DNA of 63,972 nucleotides, filler included, from Reclinomonas americana ATCC 50394 (Eukaryota), in NCBI GenBank assembly GCA_048213135.1. It is 5 parts of 3 records of this genome, joined end to end, with 100 filler letters (N's around TTAATTAATTAA, not from the genome) between each part and the next. Parts side by side here need not be neighbours in the genome. Positions count along the whole stretch, not along the records: positions 58,402 to 62,765 come from PS015305.1; positions 62,866 to 63,972 come from PS015339.1; 3 more parts are not named here. One strand, 5' to 3'. Below are positions 60,614 through 63,972 of the stretch, piece after piece; the first letter of the stretch is position 1, and each line of letters opens with the position of its first letter. The position numbers were made by a program, and so were the translations under genes. The notes under the pieces were generated by a model that made no database searches, was not told the DNA's origin, and worked only from the letters and a program-made list of their open reading frames with translations.

Positions 60614-63600
60614 CTACTTCTTTCTCCGCTTGCGTGGTGGTTCGGGCGCGTCACGTGACGGCGGTGCCATGAGCNNNNNNNNNNNNNNNNNNNNNNNNNN
60701 NNNNNNNNNNNNNNNNNNNNNNNNNNNNNNNNNNNNNNNNNNNNNNNNNNNNNNNNNNNNNNNNNNNNNNNNNNNNNNNNNNNNNNNNNNNNNNNNNNNN
60801 NNNNNNNNNNNNNNNNNNNNNNNNNNNNNNNNNNNNNNNNNNNNNNNNNNNNNNNNNNNNNNNNNNNNNNNNNNNNNNNNNNNNNNNNNNNNNNNNNNNN
60901 NNNNNNNNNNNNNNNNNNNNNNNNNNNNNNNNNNNNNNNNNNNNNNNNNNNNNNNNNNNNNNNNNNNNNNNNNNNNNNNNNNNNNNNNNNNNNNNNNNNN
61001 NNNNNNNNNNNNNNNNNNNNNNNNNNNNNNNNNNNNNNNNNNNNNNNNNNNNNNNNNNNNNNNNNNNNNNNNNNNNNNNNNNNNNNNNNNNNNNNNNNNN
61101 NNNNNNNNNNNNNNNNNNNNNNNNNNNNNNNNNNNNNNNNNNNNNNNNNNNNNNNNNNNNNNNNNNNNNNNNNNNNNNNNNNNNNNNNNNNNNNNNNNNN
61201 NNNNNNNNNNNNNNNNNNNNNNNNNNNNNNNNNNNNNNNNNNNNNNNNNNNNNNNNNNNNNNNNNNNNNNNNNNNNNNNNNNNNNNNNNNNNNNNNNNNN
61301 NNNNNNNNNNNNNNNNNNNNNNNNNNNNNNNNNNNNNNNNNNNNNNNNNNNNNNNNNNNNNNNNNNNNNNNNNNNNNNNNNNNNNNNNNNNNNNNNNNNN
61401 NNNNNNNNNNCACACACACATTGCAACGTAAGTGACACAGGAGAAAGAGATGAAAAGGGAGCATAGTGTGTCGGTTTCACCTCGGCGTACGAGAAGCGCA
61501 CTGGATGCCCTGATGCGGCGGATCCGGAGGCAGAGCGCCCAGCCTGGCCGCGGAGTGGTGATTGGATTGGCGCAGGTGACAGGAAGGCTGGGCGGCCGGG
61601 ACCAGAATTCGATGACGACGACGACGACGACGAAGATGAGGATGACGGAACAGGGGCGGAGCCGACAGAGCCACTGGCCACAGTTGACGACGGGAGCTTG
61701 GACGTGAGAAGTGGCGAAGGGAGTGTGGCTGTGGTCGCCGACATCTAGCAGAGGCGAGTGGCTGTCAGCGTCGCCGTGCACCACAACAACAGAGAGCGAC
61801 CACCGCACAGACGCAACATTCGGCACCGCATGTGTACGGTCGGTGGAGCGCTGCGGCGACGAAGGGAAAAGTGGCGCCGAGGCAACGTGTGCGTGCCCAG
61901 ACACCAGCGGACTAAAAGCCGAGCCATGCCGTCCCGACACTGCAGGGCAGGAAGAGAGAGAGGGCGGGACGATGTGACAATCAGTCAAACGGCAATCGAC
62001 ACGCAGGAGATGCGTCAGCGGTGCGTACCGACGGGACGGGCTGGCGACGGTTGCGTCGACTGCGAGCCGTTGGATGAGGCGTACGCCTCGATAACCGACT
62101 TGATGTCATTGACAATGGCCTCCTGGTTCAACGTGGCCGAGAGCACACCAGCGCCAGCACGCCAACCAATCTCCAACAAGCATCGCTCCGTCACCGAACG
62201 AATGCTCCCATACAGCTCCATCGGAACACCACCCTGCGCAGCAGAAAGAGCACACACACATAATGCGTGAGGAGAGGGGCATCACGAACGCAGATGCAGC
62301 GAGTGACGAACCATTTCCTGAATTGCACAATGTGTGACGAAGAATTCGGTGGTCTTCGAAAACTCATATCCACTCAGGCGGAGATCGTCAAGCAGGAACG
62401 GAAATCGACCCTCGTGCACCTGCGCCGCGCCAAACGTGAGTAAGATGAAGACGAGACGAGGAAGAATGGAGACGCGTCGATGCGCAACTTGGTAGGCCAC
62501 CAGGGTCATTTCCACCGCACAGATGATAAACGACTGGTGAATGAGGCGAGCTTGCATCAAATTCTCAATGGCCTCCTGCGCACGGCGTGTGAGTTGAGTT
62601 GGCACTGACGGTTAACAACACCTGCGACGCAACTCCGCGTGAGCTCTGCCGCTCGTGTGAAATTAGATTGAAAATGACGCGGTAGTAGAGGCTGCGAATC
62701 ATGGTTCGCCTTGATTCGACTTCGGCGTCGGAGCACGTGGGGAAGCGCACACGAGCTACATGCAANNNNNNNNNNNNNNNNNNNNNNNNNNNNNNNNNNN
62801 NNNNNNNNNTTAATTAATTAANNNNNNNNNNNNNNNNNNNNNNNNNNNNNNNNNNNNNNNNNNNNGGGGAGGAAGAGGAAGGGAAGTGAGGGGGATGGGA
62901 GAGGCAGGAGAAAGGGGACTGGGGCAAAGATCGGCCGACGGAGTCAACGGCAAGAAGACCAAGTACGACTCGTTGGTCAAGGCAATCAACCTATCAGGCC
63001 AAGGTCGAGCTGGTGGTGCTCTGTGACCTCGATTGGCACGGCTCCGGTCTTGGTGTCGACTGGCCTCAGTCGTCTCGGCGTACGCAACGTCCGACAGAAG
63101 GAAAACGGACGAAAGGGGGAAAGAGAACGAATTGGACCTCCGAAAGGTGACGGGGGAGCGAGCGCGAAACGAGATAAAAGTGTAAATCGTGAGAATAGAG
63201 AGAGACCAGGCGAGGATTGGAACAGAATGTTGATCGAGGAGGAGGAGGAACGGGGGCATGAGAGAGACAAGTGGCAAGAAAGAGACAGAGGCGGCGAATA
63301 AGCGACATGAGAGGATTGGCGAAGACGAGGAAAACGGACTGAAGACTGGGAGGAGGACAGCAAAGAACTCTCTAAGTTACCAACCCTTTGCTCAAGTAGA
63401 TCGCCCTCTCGGAAACGGCCTCTTGCAGCGTCGATCGCATGGCGGAGAAATCGGCCACCCCTGCCATCGCCACCAACGTCAGTCAAACCATCTCTCAGTC
63501 TCTCTTTCTGACATCCGCCATACCAACTCGCAGCCACGCTTGATGTTCATCGCCAGCGCGCGCCACCTCCAGCAAGTCGAGCGCCAACGGCACCGTCAAT

Positions 63601-63833
63601 GGCGGAATCCACGCCATCGCAACCAGCACCTCTCGCTGCAGCAGTGCATGCACCAGCACCGACACACGCAGAAACTGCTGGCTCAGCTCCGTCGCCATCG
63701 ATCGCGCATGACACAAGTGCAACATGGCATCGCACACGCGTTCCAGCAGCTGCTCCGTCACCGGCCCGCACCACAGACCACGCGACGCCACCACATCGTC
63801 CATGAGCATGCCAACCAGTGGACCCAGATCCTG
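60614..63833 (-). CDS. RBR: Divergent retinoblastoma-family pocket protein (partial; 5' end off the window)
   Basis: RB_A hallmarks: PLTPSADL, RRTMIRSLYYRVIFNLISHE, IHQSFIICAVEMTLVAY, FPFLLDDLRLSGYEFSKTTEFF and VPMELYGSIRSVTERCLLEIGW. Many SP sites and a C-terminal RKRRKK. Confidence 0.75.
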
Positions 63834-63848
63834 CGCGCGCACACACAC

Positions 63849-63850
<2 letters not shown>

Positions 63851-63889
<39 letters not shown>

Positions 63890-63926
63890 AGAGCGAGAGA
63901 GAGAGAGATAGACGAGGAAGGGAGAG

Positions 63927-63972
<46 letters not shown>
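63851..63972. repeat. (GA)n microsatellite
   Basis: Long GA dinucleotide run, intronic to the RB-like gene. Confidence 0.95.

Noticed and set aside
23383..62821. Recurrent TTAATTAATTAA as piggyBac TTAA sites or a biological repeat
   Set aside because: Always centred in N blocks; it is an artificial six-frame-stop linker.
4687..63833. Functional cell-cycle gene cluster (PIBF1, FIRRM, POLE, Sos7-like, RB-like)
   Set aside because: These genes are interspersed with unrelated housekeeping genes and separated by artificial joins, so chance is a sufficient explanation.
1..63972. Alternative genetic code or stop readthrough; tRNA, rRNA or snRNA genes; transposase or reverse transcriptase ORFs
   Set aside because: In-frame stops are explained by introns and TAA, TAG and TGA all end genes. 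No RNA gene or transposon protein was recognisable by eye.

Overview
Gene-dense, GC-rich, intron-rich eukaryotic (probably protist) draft scaffold. It has many N gaps, four artificial TTAATTAATTAA linkers and several small contigs that appear flipped. About 20 spliced genes can be reconstructed by eye: a VWA/INTS14-like gene, PIBF1/CEP90, FIRRM/C1orf112, WDR89, an SPX-EXS (XPR1/SYG1) phosphate exporter, the C-terminal half of DNA polymerase epsilon, an Erf4/GOLGA7-like protein, exocyst Sec8, proteasome Rpn1, TBL1, a stand-alone FYR-domain protein, a Sos7/Zwint-like kinetochore protein, a CAP-Gly protein, a divergent retinoblastoma-family protein and several hypothetical proteins. The main signal is in the introns. 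Besides normal G|GTGCGT-type donors, a large second class of 5' splice sites reads |GTTGCGT, |GTTGAGT, |GTTGTG or |GTTTCGT, which is the same consensus shifted one nucleotide into the intron. This class occurs almost only when the exon does not end in G (8 of 19 Rpn1 introns; more than 20 cases across about a dozen genes), suggesting routine use of shifted-register donors. All identifications come from remembered family motifs and manual splicing, not database searches.
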